From Horticoccus luteus (GTDB lineage: Bacteria; Verrucomicrobiota; Verrucomicrobiia; Opitutales; Opitutaceae): a stretch of 32,000 bases of DNA. Numbering within the stretch: the first letter of the stretch is position 1; each line of letters opens with the position of its first letter. A program made the position numbers and the translations under genes. The stretch covers positions 2,010,001 to 2,042,000 of the forward strand of contig NZ_CP080507.1 of the NCBI RefSeq assembly GCF_019464535.1, in the 5' to 3' direction. The notes beneath the pieces are model-generated. The model was given only the letters and a program-made list of their open reading frames with translations. It had not been told where the DNA came from and searched no databases. Shown here one piece after another: positions 17,513 to 25,559 of this stretch.

Positions 17513-17782
17513 TACCAGGAGCCGCACCGACTTTTCGGGTGCCCTTGCAGCCACATCGCTGCACCGCCCATGGCCACTTCACTTGGCACGCGCGACACTC
17601 CCGCTGCCCGATGTTGCATCGCTCGCTCTTGGACGTTTTGCACTCCCCTCGCCCCAGAATTGGAATTAAGGCGAAGCTGCCCGCGCGAGACGACACCGGC
17701 GCCGTAGAGTGTCGTAACCCGCGCAGGAGCGGCGTCGTGCGCCGAAACATTTTCCCTTGCCGCCGTCCACGCCCCCACAACC

Positions 17783-18577
17783 ATGCCCGCCAACGTGGTT
17801 CCCGACGCCGATTATCGCATCAAACTTCAGGTCTTCGAAGGCCCGCTCGACCTGCTCCTCTTCCTCATTCGCAAGAATGAGTTGGATATTTACGACATCC
17901 CGATCGAGTCGGTCACCCACCAATACATCGATGCGCTCCACGCGATGCAGCAGCTCGATCTCGACGTCGCCGGCGAGTTTTTTGTCATGGCCGCGACGCT
18001 CATGGAAATCAAAAGCCGCATGCTCCTCCCGCGCGGCCAGGCCGCCATCGATCCCAACGCCGATGATGATGAGGTCGATCCGCGCTGGGAACTCGTCAGT
18101 CAACTGCTCCAATACAAGAAATTCAAAGAAGCGTCCGCCGAATTGCATGACTTGATTACGCAACGGCAGGACTTGATGGAGCGTTATGTTTCCTCGCTCT
18201 CGATCGATCCCGCCACACGTCCGCTGCGCGCCGTGGACCGCATCGAATTGTGGAACGCCTTCAACGTGGTGCTGCGCCGTCTCGCGGAAAAACTCGTGGT
18301 GGGCGAAATCCACGATGAGCAGGTCACCGTCTCCGACCGCATGTCGTATTTGCTCCAACGCATCGAGACGAAGCCGGAGTTCATCTTTTCGTCGCTGTTC
18401 GAGGGCCAGGTGTCGTTGCGCATGCTCGTGGCGACCTTCCTCGCCGTCTTGGAATTAACGCGCTTGCGGAAGCTTCGCCTCCGCCAGGACGAGGCGTTCA
18501 CAGACATCGTCTGCACCGCCGTGCCGGCGGAAAACCCGCTTGAAACCGCGACCGACACCCTCACCGTCTCCGCGTGA
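17783..18577 (+). CDS. scpA: Segregation and condensation protein A (kleisin)
   Basis: The N-terminus has the ScpA signature: LQVFEGPLDLLLFLIRKNELDIYDIPIESVTHQYIDAL. Size and C-terminal winged-helix region (VATFLAVLELTRLRKLRLRQDE) fit. Confidence 0.9.
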   Translation: MPANVVPDADYRIKLQVFEGPLDLLLFLIRKNELDIYDIPIESVTHQYIDALHAMQQLDLDVAGEFFVMAATLMEIKSRMLLPRGQAAIDPNADDDEVDPRWELVSQLLQYKKFKEASAELHDLITQRQDLMERYVSSLSIDPATRPLRAVDRIELWNAFNVVLRRLAEKLVVGEIHDEQVTVSDRMSYLLQRIETKPEFIFSSLFEGQVSLRMLVATFLAVLELTRLRKLRLRQDEAFTDIVCTAVPAENPLETATDTLTVSA

Positions 18578-18825
18578 AGAAGAAGAAAAATCCCGCGCCG
18601 CGCGCCGCCGGCATCCTCGGCGTCGGCCTCGATAATGATGATGGTCACAAGCGCATCACCACGGGCGAGAAGTTCGTTCTCGTCGGCGGTTCGGCCGAGA
18701 CGCACGGGCGGATGACCGAAACTGTCGTGAAAACGTTCGAAGAGTTGAAGGCTCGCGGCAAGGAGCTCCACCAAGTGGAGCCGCGCGAACTCGCCGACAT
18801 CGTGCACAAATCCACGCCCGCCTGA
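18574..18825 (+). CDS. Small hypothetical protein (83 aa), translationally coupled to scpA
   Basis: GTG 18574 overlaps the scpA stop (GTGA). The frame has protein-like composition: a Lys-rich N-terminus, then GILGVGLDNDDGHKRITTGEKFVLVGGSAETHGRMTETVVKTFEELKARGK. I vaguely recognise a similar GLxxDxxDGHxRITxG...VGGS..TH pattern in PVC-group hypothetical proteins, but cannot name a family. Confidence 0.55.
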   Translation: MKKKKNPAPRAAGILGVGLDNDDGHKRITTGEKFVLVGGSAETHGRMTETVVKTFEELKARGKELHQVEPRELADIVHKSTPA

Positions 18826-18871
18826 GCGCGCCGATTTGCTTTTAACCGCTTCGCCCACTCTTTTCTCCGCC

Positions 18872-19198
18872 ATGTCCGACAAGATCACCAATCTGTCCTC
18901 CGAGAGCTTCAAATCCACCATCGCGTCCGCGACGACGCCGGTCCTCGTCGATTTCTGGGCCCCATGGTGCGGCCCCTGCAAGGCGATCGCGCCGGTCCTC
19001 GAAGAGCTCGCCGTGGAGCTCGATGGCCAGATCAAGATTTGCAAAGTCAACGTCGACGAAAACGACGCCGTCTCCGCCGAATACGGCATTCGCGCCATCC
19101 CCACCATGCTCGTGTTCAAAGGCGGCCAGATGGTCGAGCAGATCGTAGGCATGCTGCCGAAAGCCGCGCTCAAATCAAAACTCGCCGCGCATCTTTGA
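18872..19198 (+). CDS. trxA: Thioredoxin
   Basis: From ATG 18872 (MSDKITNLSSESF...) the protein has VLVDFWAPWCGPCK (the WCGPC active site) and IRAIPTMLVFKGG. At 108 aa it is the classical TrxA length. Confidence 0.95.
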   Translation: MSDKITNLSSESFKSTIASATTPVLVDFWAPWCGPCKAIAPVLEELAVELDGQIKICKVNVDENDAVSAEYGIRAIPTMLVFKGGQMVEQIVGMLPKAALKSKLAAHL

Positions 19199-19225
19199 GT
19201 CGGTCCGCGACTGACGGCCTTCTTC

Positions 19226-19253
19226 GCCCGCCCCTTCGGTGGCGGGCTTTTTT
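19226..19253 (+). terminator. Rho-independent terminator after trxA, overlapping the menA stop (probably bidirectional)
   Basis: GCCCGCC-ccttcggt-GGCGGGC forms a 7-bp GC stem whose loop contains TTCG. It is followed immediately by TTTTTT (19248-19253). On the minus strand the same hairpin follows the menA stop codon (19252-19254). Confidence 0.75.
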
Positions 19254-20133
19254 ATAGCATCACGCCAATGCTCAGCAGCACCGCGTAGCCGGCGAGCAGC
19301 AAGCCCGTCTCGCCCAGCAACGCAATCAGCTCCCTCGACTCGCGCGCCGCGCTCAGCCGCCGCAGATGCCACATTGCGACCGGCGCCAGCAGAAACGGCA
19401 GGAGGATCCACGCCGCGGCACCCCGCGCCCACAACGCCACCGGCACCAACCACGCGAACGCCATGGCTCCGCCGAACTGCGCCCGCGCAAAGCCGCGCCC
19501 GAACCGCACCACCAAGGTGCGCTTGTTCGCCCGCACATCCGTCTCCAGATCGCGATAGTTGTTCAAAAGGAGAATGTTTGTCGTCAACGCACCAATCGCA
19601 GCTCCCGCCAGTAACACATCGCTGGTGATCAGTCCCGCCTGCACATAAAAAGTCGCGCCCACCGCCACCAAGCCGAAGAAGACAAACACGAACACATCGC
19701 CCAACCCGTGATAACCGAGCGGCCACGGTCCACCTGTGTAGGCAATGCCACAGAGAATGCTGATCACGCCCACCGCGATCAGCCACGGCCCGCCCCACGC
19801 CACGAGGCCGAGGCCGGACAAAAACGCCACGGTAAACACCCCCCACATCGCGCGTTTCATCGTCGCGGGGCTGATCAATCCTGCTGCGACCGCCCGCCGC
19901 GGACCCACGCGCCCCGGCGTGTCCGCCCCGTGCACGAAGTCGTAGTAGTCGTTCGCAAAATTCGCTCCGATTTGCACGAGCAGCGCAAACGTCAGGCACA
20001 AGCCCGCCGCGCCCGCCGAAAATGCCCCGCCGCGCCACGCGAAAGCCGTGCCCACGAGCACCGGTGCCACCGCCGCCGGCAACGTGCGGGGCCGCGTCGC
20101 TCCCAGCCAGACCTGCGCGCGTCCCTCCGCCAT
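19252..20133 (-). CDS. menA: 1,4-dihydroxy-2-naphthoate polyprenyltransferase (UbiA superfamily)
   Basis: From the internal ATG 20131-20133: MAEGRAQVWLGATRPRTLPAAVAPVLVG... It has the NDYYDFVHGADTP motif (NDxxD) and a second Asp-rich region (NNYRDLETD), with about 8-9 hydrophobic helices over 293 aa. The upstream 38 codons of the track ORF overlap the preceding gene. Confidence 0.85.
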   Translation of the reverse strand: MAEGRAQVWLGATRPRTLPAAVAPVLVGTAFAWRGGAFSAGAAGLCLTFALLVQIGANFANDYYDFVHGADTPGRVGPRRAVAAGLISPATMKRAMWGVFTVAFLSGLGLVAWGGPWLIAVGVISILCGIAYTGGPWPLGYHGLGDVFVFVFFGLVAVGATFYVQAGLITSDVLLAGAAIGALTTNILLLNNYRDLETDVRANKRTLVVRFGRGFARAQFGGAMAFAWLVPVALWARGAAAWILLPFLLAPVAMWHLRRLSAARESRELIALLGETGLLLAGYAVLLSIGVML

Positions 20134-20135
20134 GG

Positions 20136-20846
20136 CTACTTTGCGGGCGTGGACGACGGCACCGTGCGTTGCACCGCGATCCGCAGCGGACGCTTGCCAA
20201 AGATGGAAATGAGCACCGGCAGCAACGCCGCCGCCGCCGGCATCCACGCGATCACGTTACCCCAGCCGCCGAATAGCGGCCCGAAAATCCCCAGCAGAAA
20301 CGTGTAAGTGATCAGCAGACGCTCCGGGCCGAACAGCATCGGGCTCACTGCCCAGATCAACGCCCACGCCAGCGCGCCCGGCACAAAACCCACCACGCCG
20401 AGCGACACGCCCGTGACGAAATAAATGGGCGCGACGAACACGAGCGCGTGCCCTCGCCGTTCCTCGTTGGAACGCACGGTCTGAATCGCCACCGCGATGA
20501 GCAGCACGCCGGCCTTCACTCCGGTAATCATCGCCACCGTGCTGTCGTTGGCGAGCGAAGCGGCGTCCGCCGAATCGAACACAAACGAGAAGTCCACCAG
20601 CGCCCAGGCACCCGCCCCCGCGCGCAGCAGGTCGAGAAAATTGCGTTTCTTCAACAACTCCGCCCAGAACCGCACGATCCGCGTCGATCGGTCGTAACTG
20701 ACCGGCGGCCGGCGCAGCCGGTTGGCGAGGCGCCCGATTGCTCCTCGCCGGTGTGGCTTCCGTGCTTTTTCGCCGAAATAGAGCCAGGACCGCGGAGCCC
20801 AGAGCAAAAGGAGAGCAGGAAGAAGAAAAACGTAATGAACGGTCAT
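20136..20846 (-). CDS. Hypothetical integral membrane protein, immediately upstream of menA
   Basis: The 236-aa protein has an N-terminal hydrophobic segment (VFLLPALLLLW), a basic loop, and 4-5 further hydrophobic helices. Its stop lies 2 nt before the menA start, so co-transcription is likely. I recognise no family. Confidence 0.6.
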   Translation of the reverse strand: MTVHYVFLLPALLLLWAPRSWLYFGEKARKPHRRGAIGRLANRLRRPPVSYDRSTRIVRFWAELLKKRNFLDLLRAGAGAWALVDFSFVFDSADAASLANDSTVAMITGVKAGVLLIAVAIQTVRSNEERRGHALVFVAPIYFVTGVSLGVVGFVPGALAWALIWAVSPMLFGPERLLITYTFLLGIFGPLFGGWGNVIAWMPAAAALLPVLISIFGKRPLRIAVQRTVPSSTPAK

Positions 20847-21044
20847 GCCGGAGCTATCGGTGGTAGCGGCAAGAGTGCGCGCCGCAACCCCATTTCCGCC
20901 CCTCTCCGCGCGACGCGTCCCGGGGCTCGCCCTATCCGCACGGGTTCTGCGGCATTCCTGTCATTTTCTTGCGAGCCCGCCCAAACCGGCAGAATTTGTC
21001 CGTCCCGTCGGCGTCGCGTCACCGCGCCACCGGCCAGCACGCCT

Positions 21045-23159
21045 ATGAAATCTCGGTTCTTTCACCTCGGACTTCCCGTGTGGGTCGTCGCCCTTGCTTT
21101 TATTCTCGTCGCGTCCACTCGGGCGGCGACCGCCCCCGCCGCTTTCGACGGCCATTGGACGTTGCTCCCGTTCAAGAGCACCCAGATCGATCTCTTCAAC
21201 AACCTCGCCCTCGAGATCGAGTCCGCCGGCGACCACGTGACGCTCGCCAAAGCCTGGGGCAGCCGCGGCTACCAACACGTCGATCGGATGACGCTTCGCA
21301 CCGACGGCACCGCCAACGACGTGCCCGTGACCGATCGCGTGTGGACGCCGCAGCCGTTCATGGGCGTTTCGATGAAGGTCGGCTCGCAACAGCAGGTCAC
21401 GGCCAAGTGGAGCGCCGACGGGCGCTCGCTCGAAGTGGATCGCCACTACACCGTGCTCGCCTCGCAAGGCCCGCAGGAGATCACCAGCCACGAGACCTAC
21501 GCGCTCGGCGTGGGCGACGAAACGCTCACGCTGCGCGTCGTCCGCTCCACGCGAACGACCGGCCCCGAGGAACGCTACACCTTCAAGCGCGCCGGCACCA
21601 AGGAAGCCTATGTGATGAAACTCGAGAATCACTGGCACGTCGCCGACGACCTCGATCAAAACGCCCTCCTCATCAGTTTGCAGGGCCTCGCCAACACCGA
21701 CGCACCGCGCCTCTATTTTCTTTATCCCGATGACTGGGAGTTTCGTTTCAGCCAACCCGTCTTCGATTACTATCAACATCAGCTCGACTATACGTTCACC
21801 GAGCTGAAGACGCCCGCGCAGGCGTTGCAGGCGCTGAAAGCGCAGATCAAGGGCTACATCGTGTGGGACAAAGCCGTGCGCAATTCCCTCGACGTCGCCT
21901 TCACGCTCGCCGGCGTCCAGCGCGGCGTCGTCGTCAGCGCCGAGCAAATTCCTCTCGCTGAAAAAGCCGGCTTGAAACTCCTCACCGACCTCCGCGGTCA
22001 GTTCGCCGGCCTCAACGACGCCGCCCTGTTTCGCAAAGCTTACGAACTTTACGGCGCGCAATGCAGCCGCGACACCGTCGTGTGGATGGGCGGCGTCGCC
22101 GGCGCGGAGATGAAGCCCGGCATCGCCGACTACGGCATCGCCCATCGCGCCTTCTTTGCCGATCTTTCCACGCTGAAAACCGATACCGAGGAATACGACC
22201 TCGCGAAGGAAATCCTCAGCCACCAGAAACCGCTTTCGATGGTCTTCGGCTGGCATTCCTACGCCAAGGACAAGGAGCGCGATTTCGTCAGCCTCACGTC
22301 GAGCTTCGCCCTGCGCGTCGAAGGGTTGAACACGTTTCCCAATCTCAGCTTCACGAGCAAGACGCCACCCTCGCCCGGTTTCAAATTCGTCAACCATCAC
22401 AACGTCGTTCCAGGCAAGATTTACACGCCGCAGAAGAAAGTTTACATCGCCTGTCTCCAGACCGACGGCCTCGGTCTCGGCGCCTGGACACGCCCCGGCC
22501 GCGGCGACATTCCGTATGCTTGGGAGGTCACCATCAACTGGCAATGGATGGCGCCCACCATGCTCGAATACTATTACCGCACGGCCACGAAGAACGACCT
22601 GTTCATCGGCGCGCTGACCGGCCCGGGCTACATGTATCCGAAGGCGATTCCGGCCAAACTCCTGCCCGGTGTGATCAGCCTCGCCGACGACATTATGCAC
22701 AAACTCGATATCAACATTTTCGAGACGATGGATTACTCGGAAGGCGCGACCGTTGTGGGCAACAGCGAACTGCCCAAGCGCATCGTGGATGCTTACTATC
22801 AGGGCATGCCCGACGCGATCGGCTTCGCCAACGGCTACTCGCCCGCCTTCACGTTCACTTCGCGCGATGGCCGGCCCTTCGTCTCGTTCGATTACTATCT
22901 CTCTGAAGAACGTCCCGCGGACGCCGCCGTCGCCGATCTCCAGGAACTCGCGCGCATCAATCCGCAACGCCCGTATTTCCTCCTCGTGCACGTGCGCGAG
23001 TGGAGCGACATCTCGCGCGTCAAATCGATCCTCGACCAACTCGGGCCGGACTTCGAAGTGGTGCCGATGGATGTCTTCATGAAACTCGCCGGTCAGCAGC
23101 CGACTTTCGCGGAACGCTACCTTCCCTCGAATCCCCCCGCCGCCGCCGCCGCGAAATAA
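21045..23159 (+). CDS. Secreted GxGYxYP-family protein (putative glycoside hydrolase family) with an extra N-terminal module
   Basis: The internal ATG 21045 gives a signal peptide (MKSRFFHLGLPVWVVALAFILVASTRAATA). The eponymous motif is present (GALTGPGYMYPKAIP). The preceding region (LISLQGLANTD...LYFLYP...GYIVWD) resembles the N-terminal domain of that family. The 199 upstream codons of the track ORF are R/P/S-rich artefact. Confidence 0.7.
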   Translation: MKSRFFHLGLPVWVVALAFILVASTRAATAPAAFDGHWTLLPFKSTQIDLFNNLALEIESAGDHVTLAKAWGSRGYQHVDRMTLRTDGTANDVPVTDRVWTPQPFMGVSMKVGSQQQVTAKWSADGRSLEVDRHYTVLASQGPQEITSHETYALGVGDETLTLRVVRSTRTTGPEERYTFKRAGTKEAYVMKLENHWHVADDLDQNALLISLQGLANTDAPRLYFLYPDDWEFRFSQPVFDYYQHQLDYTFTELKTPAQALQALKAQIKGYIVWDKAVRNSLDVAFTLAGVQRGVVVSAEQIPLAEKAGLKLLTDLRGQFAGLNDAALFRKAYELYGAQCSRDTVVWMGGVAGAEMKPGIADYGIAHRAFFADLSTLKTDTEEYDLAKEILSHQKPLSMVFGWHSYAKDKERDFVSLTSSFALRVEGLNTFPNLSFTSKTPPSPGFKFVNHHNVVPGKIYTPQKKVYIACLQTDGLGLGAWTRPGRGDIPYAWEVTINWQWMAPTMLEYYYRTATKNDLFIGALTGPGYMYPKAIPAKLLPGVISLADDIMHKLDINIFETMDYSEGATVVGNSELPKRIVDAYYQGMPDAIGFANGYSPAFTFTSRDGRPFVSFDYYLSEERPADAAVADLQELARINPQRPYFLLVHVREWSDISRVKSILDQLGPDFEVVPMDVFMKLAGQQPTFAERYLPSNPPAAAAAK

Positions 23160-23160
23160 G

Positions 23161-23868
23161 TCACCGCGTCGCCGGCTCGCGAAACGTCTCGTGCGCCGGC
23201 ACGTGCAGCGTGCGCTCCAGCTCGCGGATTCGCGCGAGCACGAGCGGCGCCTCAGCGGCTTCGTCGTTCGCCGGCAGTGTCGGATACCATTCGCACAACC
23301 ATCGATAAGCCTCGGCCGGCTCCCCTGCCCGCCGCCACAATTCCGCCGCCAGCCGCCCCGCGAAGAACGGCGCCCCCGGGCGCTCCGCCGCTCGGCGATA
23401 CAGCAGTGCCGCGCGCCGCACATCGTGCAGGCGGATCAGCGTGATCGACGCCCGTTCCAACTGCAGGCGCACGTCCCCCGGGTGAGCGAGCTCCGCCCGA
23501 TCCAGCCAGCGCAACGCCACCCTCGCCTGCTCTGCTTCAATTTTCGTCGCCTCCCCCTCGCCACTTTTCCCCGCCGCGTCGATCCGCCACGTCGACATGT
23601 CGTGCGCGATCATGCGCGCACCGTTGAGCCAAAAATACACCGGCTCGGGATTCAGCGTTGTCGTCAGCCACAGCTCCGCCATCACGCCCGCTCGATCGTG
23701 ACGCTCCCACTGCACGTAGGCCCGCAACCACAGCACGTCCGCCGCCGCCGCGCGCAGGCCGCCGACGCGCGGCGTTTTGCTCTCCGCCCGCCGCGCCACC
23801 GGCGCTAGTCCCAGCCCTGCGACCGCGACCGCGGCGAGAATTCCGGGCACTTTCCAACGCGTCATCAT
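23161..23868 (-). CDS. Exported or membrane-anchored helical-repeat (TPR-like) protein, last gene of the acyP-ABC operon
   Basis: From ATG 23866-23868: MMTRWKVPGILAAVAVAGLGLAPVA (signal or anchor). The rest is an alpha-helical, W/L/A/R-rich sequence with repeat-like segments (ALRWLDRAELAHPGD..., ALLYRRAAERPGAPFFAGRLAAELWRRAGEPAEAYRWL). An AGGGAA sequence lies upstream, and the start is 11 nt after the permease stop. Confidence 0.55.
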   Translation of the reverse strand: MMTRWKVPGILAAVAVAGLGLAPVARRAESKTPRVGGLRAAAADVLWLRAYVQWERHDRAGVMAELWLTTTLNPEPVYFWLNGARMIAHDMSTWRIDAAGKSGEGEATKIEAEQARVALRWLDRAELAHPGDVRLQLERASITLIRLHDVRRAALLYRRAAERPGAPFFAGRLAAELWRRAGEPAEAYRWLCEWYPTLPANDEAAEAPLVLARIRELERTLHVPAHETFREPATR

Positions 23869-23879
23869 CGTTCCCTGCG

Positions 23880-24701
23880 CTACAAATCCCGACTCCGAAA
23901 ACTCGCCGCCGCGAGCGCCGCGAACACCACCAAATACGATGCTCCGTAAAGCGTCACCCAGGCGGCGTTCGCGCCCCCCGTCCAATCCAGCGCGCCCAAA
24001 TTCGGCAACACGAGACCGACTCCGCGCAACGCCCACGTGCCCCACGTCGGCTCGCCGCGCACGTAAACCGCCTGCGCCACCGGCAAGAGCTGACACGCCA
24101 CGAGCCAGCCCAAACTCACGCTCATCGCCAGCAATGCCGTCCGCGCCACCGTGCAGACCAGCATCGTCATGGCCGCGACAACACTGAGCCGCAGCCACGC
24201 CAACGCCCCGCCCGCGCACAGTTCCTTCCACGGCACCGCCACCGCGACGCCGGCACGATCCAGCTCCACCGCCCGCGCCCACACGAGCGCCACGATCAAC
24301 GCCATCAGCAATCCGCAAAACACTCCGAGCACCGTCACAACGCCCAGCAGTTTTCCCGCGATAAATTCTGTGCGGCTCACCGGACGCGCGAGCACTGCTT
24401 GCAGGGCGCGCTGCTCCAGTTCCGCAAAAAAGCTCTGCGCCGGCAAAGCGATCGCCAGCAACGCGCCGAAAAAGGTCACCGCGCCCAATCCCACGTCGGT
24501 GAGAAAGCGCAGCTCCGTCTCACCAAAATTCACTTCGCGAAACAGCCGTCCCGCGATCACGAGCGCCGCGCCCAGCAGCACGCCCAATTGGAACAGCCGT
24601 TGCCGCCGCGCATCGCGCCACGTGGCGTCCGCGATCAGCCACACCCGCCGCGCCGCCGCTCGCGTTGCCATCACCTCGGCCGTTTTGGTCGGCGTGCTCA
24701 T
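23880..24701 (-). CDS. ABC-2 type transporter permease
   Basis: The start ATG (24699-24701) overlaps the ATPase stop (ATGA). There are six predicted hydrophobic helices. The N-terminal pattern (IADATWRDARRQRLFQLGVLLGAALV...FFAELEQRALQAVLARPVSRTEFIAGKLLG) is typical of ABC-2/NosY-like permeases. Confidence 0.7.
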   Translation of the reverse strand: MSTPTKTAEVMATRAAARRVWLIADATWRDARRQRLFQLGVLLGAALVIAGRLFREVNFGETELRFLTDVGLGAVTFFGALLAIALPAQSFFAELEQRALQAVLARPVSRTEFIAGKLLGVVTVLGVFCGLLMALIVALVWARAVELDRAGVAVAVPWKELCAGGALAWLRLSVVAAMTMLVCTVARTALLAMSVSLGWLVACQLLPVAQAVYVRGEPTWGTWALRGVGLVLPNLGALDWTGGANAAWVTLYGASYLVVFAALAAASFRSRDL

Positions 24702-25558
24702 GCGTCGCGGCGTTCTCCCTGGGTCGCCGCGAGCAGGATTTGCTCCAGTCGCCCGCGATCGTCGGCCGGCGTCGGTGCCGGCCATCCGCGCTCCGCGAGC
24801 CAGCGCGCCAACTGCTCCGCCGCCGCGTCATTCGGCGCCGCCCAGTTCCACGTTCTCCCATTGCCCGCCGCGAGCGTTTTCACTTCGCCGCTCAACGTCA
24901 CCCGCCCGCGCTCCAGCACCGTCACGCGATCGCACAACGCCGCGATCTGCGTCACCGTGTGCGACGTGAGCACGATCGTCTTGCCGCGCGCGCGCAGTCC
25001 GGCGATCAACGCATCGATCGCCGCCGCACCCACCACGTCCACGCCCGCGGTGGGCTCGTCGAGGATCAGCAAGTCCGGATCGTGCACCAACGCCTGGGCG
25101 AGGCCGAGCCGCTGCCGCATGCCCTTCGAATATCCGCCTGCCGCGCGATCAGCTGCGGCCTGCAGCCCCACTTGCGCAAGAACTTCGTCCGCCCGCGCCG
25201 CGCCCGCCTTGCCGGCGCACCCCGACAACGCCGCGAAATACCGCACCACCTCGCGCCCGGTCAGATGCGGAAAAAACGCCGGCGATTCCGGCAGGTAACC
25301 CACGCTCCGTCGCACCGCCCGCACGCCCGCCGGCCGGCCGAGCACCGCACATTCGCCGCCGCTCGCCCGGAGCAGCCCAAGCGCGATTTTCAACAACGTC
25401 GATTTGCCGGAGCCGTTCGCTCCGAGAAGGCCGAAAACTTCCCCTGCTTCCACGCGCAGGTTCACGTTGTCCAACGCCCGCAACCGTCGGCCGCGCAGGC
25501 CTACGTCAAAGTCTTTCGTCAGCCCGCGCGCTTCCAGTGCCGGCCCGGCGTGATCCAT
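24698..25558 (-). CDS. ABC transporter ATP-binding protein
   Basis: It has a Walker A (GLLGANGSGKSTLLK), a signature-like motif (YSKGMRQRLGLAQAL), a Walker B (LLILDEPTAGVD) and an H-loop (VLTSHTV). The start ATG 25556-25558 lies 1 nt after the acyP stop. Confidence 0.9.
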   Translation of the reverse strand: MDHAGPALEARGLTKDFDVGLRGRRLRALDNVNLRVEAGEVFGLLGANGSGKSTLLKIALGLLRASGGECAVLGRPAGVRAVRRSVGYLPESPAFFPHLTGREVVRYFAALSGCAGKAGAARADEVLAQVGLQAAADRAAGGYSKGMRQRLGLAQALVHDPDLLILDEPTAGVDVVGAAAIDALIAGLRARGKTIVLTSHTVTQIAALCDRVTVLERGRVTLSGEVKTLAAGNGRTWNWAAPNDAAAEQLARWLAERGWPAPTPADDRGRLEQILLAATQGERRDA

Positions 25559-25559
25559 T

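Noticed and set aside
17666-19173. 230-aa and 329-aa minus-strand ORFs opposite scpA, the small ORF and trxA
   Set aside because: They are antisense to three supported genes, including the unmistakable trxA (WCGPC). The translations lack any recognisable pattern.
19175-20200. 341-aa alternate-frame ORF on the same strand as menA
   Set aside because: It is G/R/A-rich nonsense. The menA frame contains the NDYYD prenyltransferase motif and regular transmembrane helices.
20961-23423. 820-aa ORF antisense to the GxGYxYP gene (the longest ORF in that region)
   Set aside because: Despite its length it has no motifs, is R/G/A/E-rich, and spans two convergent real genes. The sense frame has a signal peptide and the family motif.
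23658-25298. 546-aa plus-strand ORF across the ABC operon
   Set aside because: The composition is extreme in Arg/Pro/His/Gln. It is antisense to genes with Walker A and B motifs and clear transmembrane helices.
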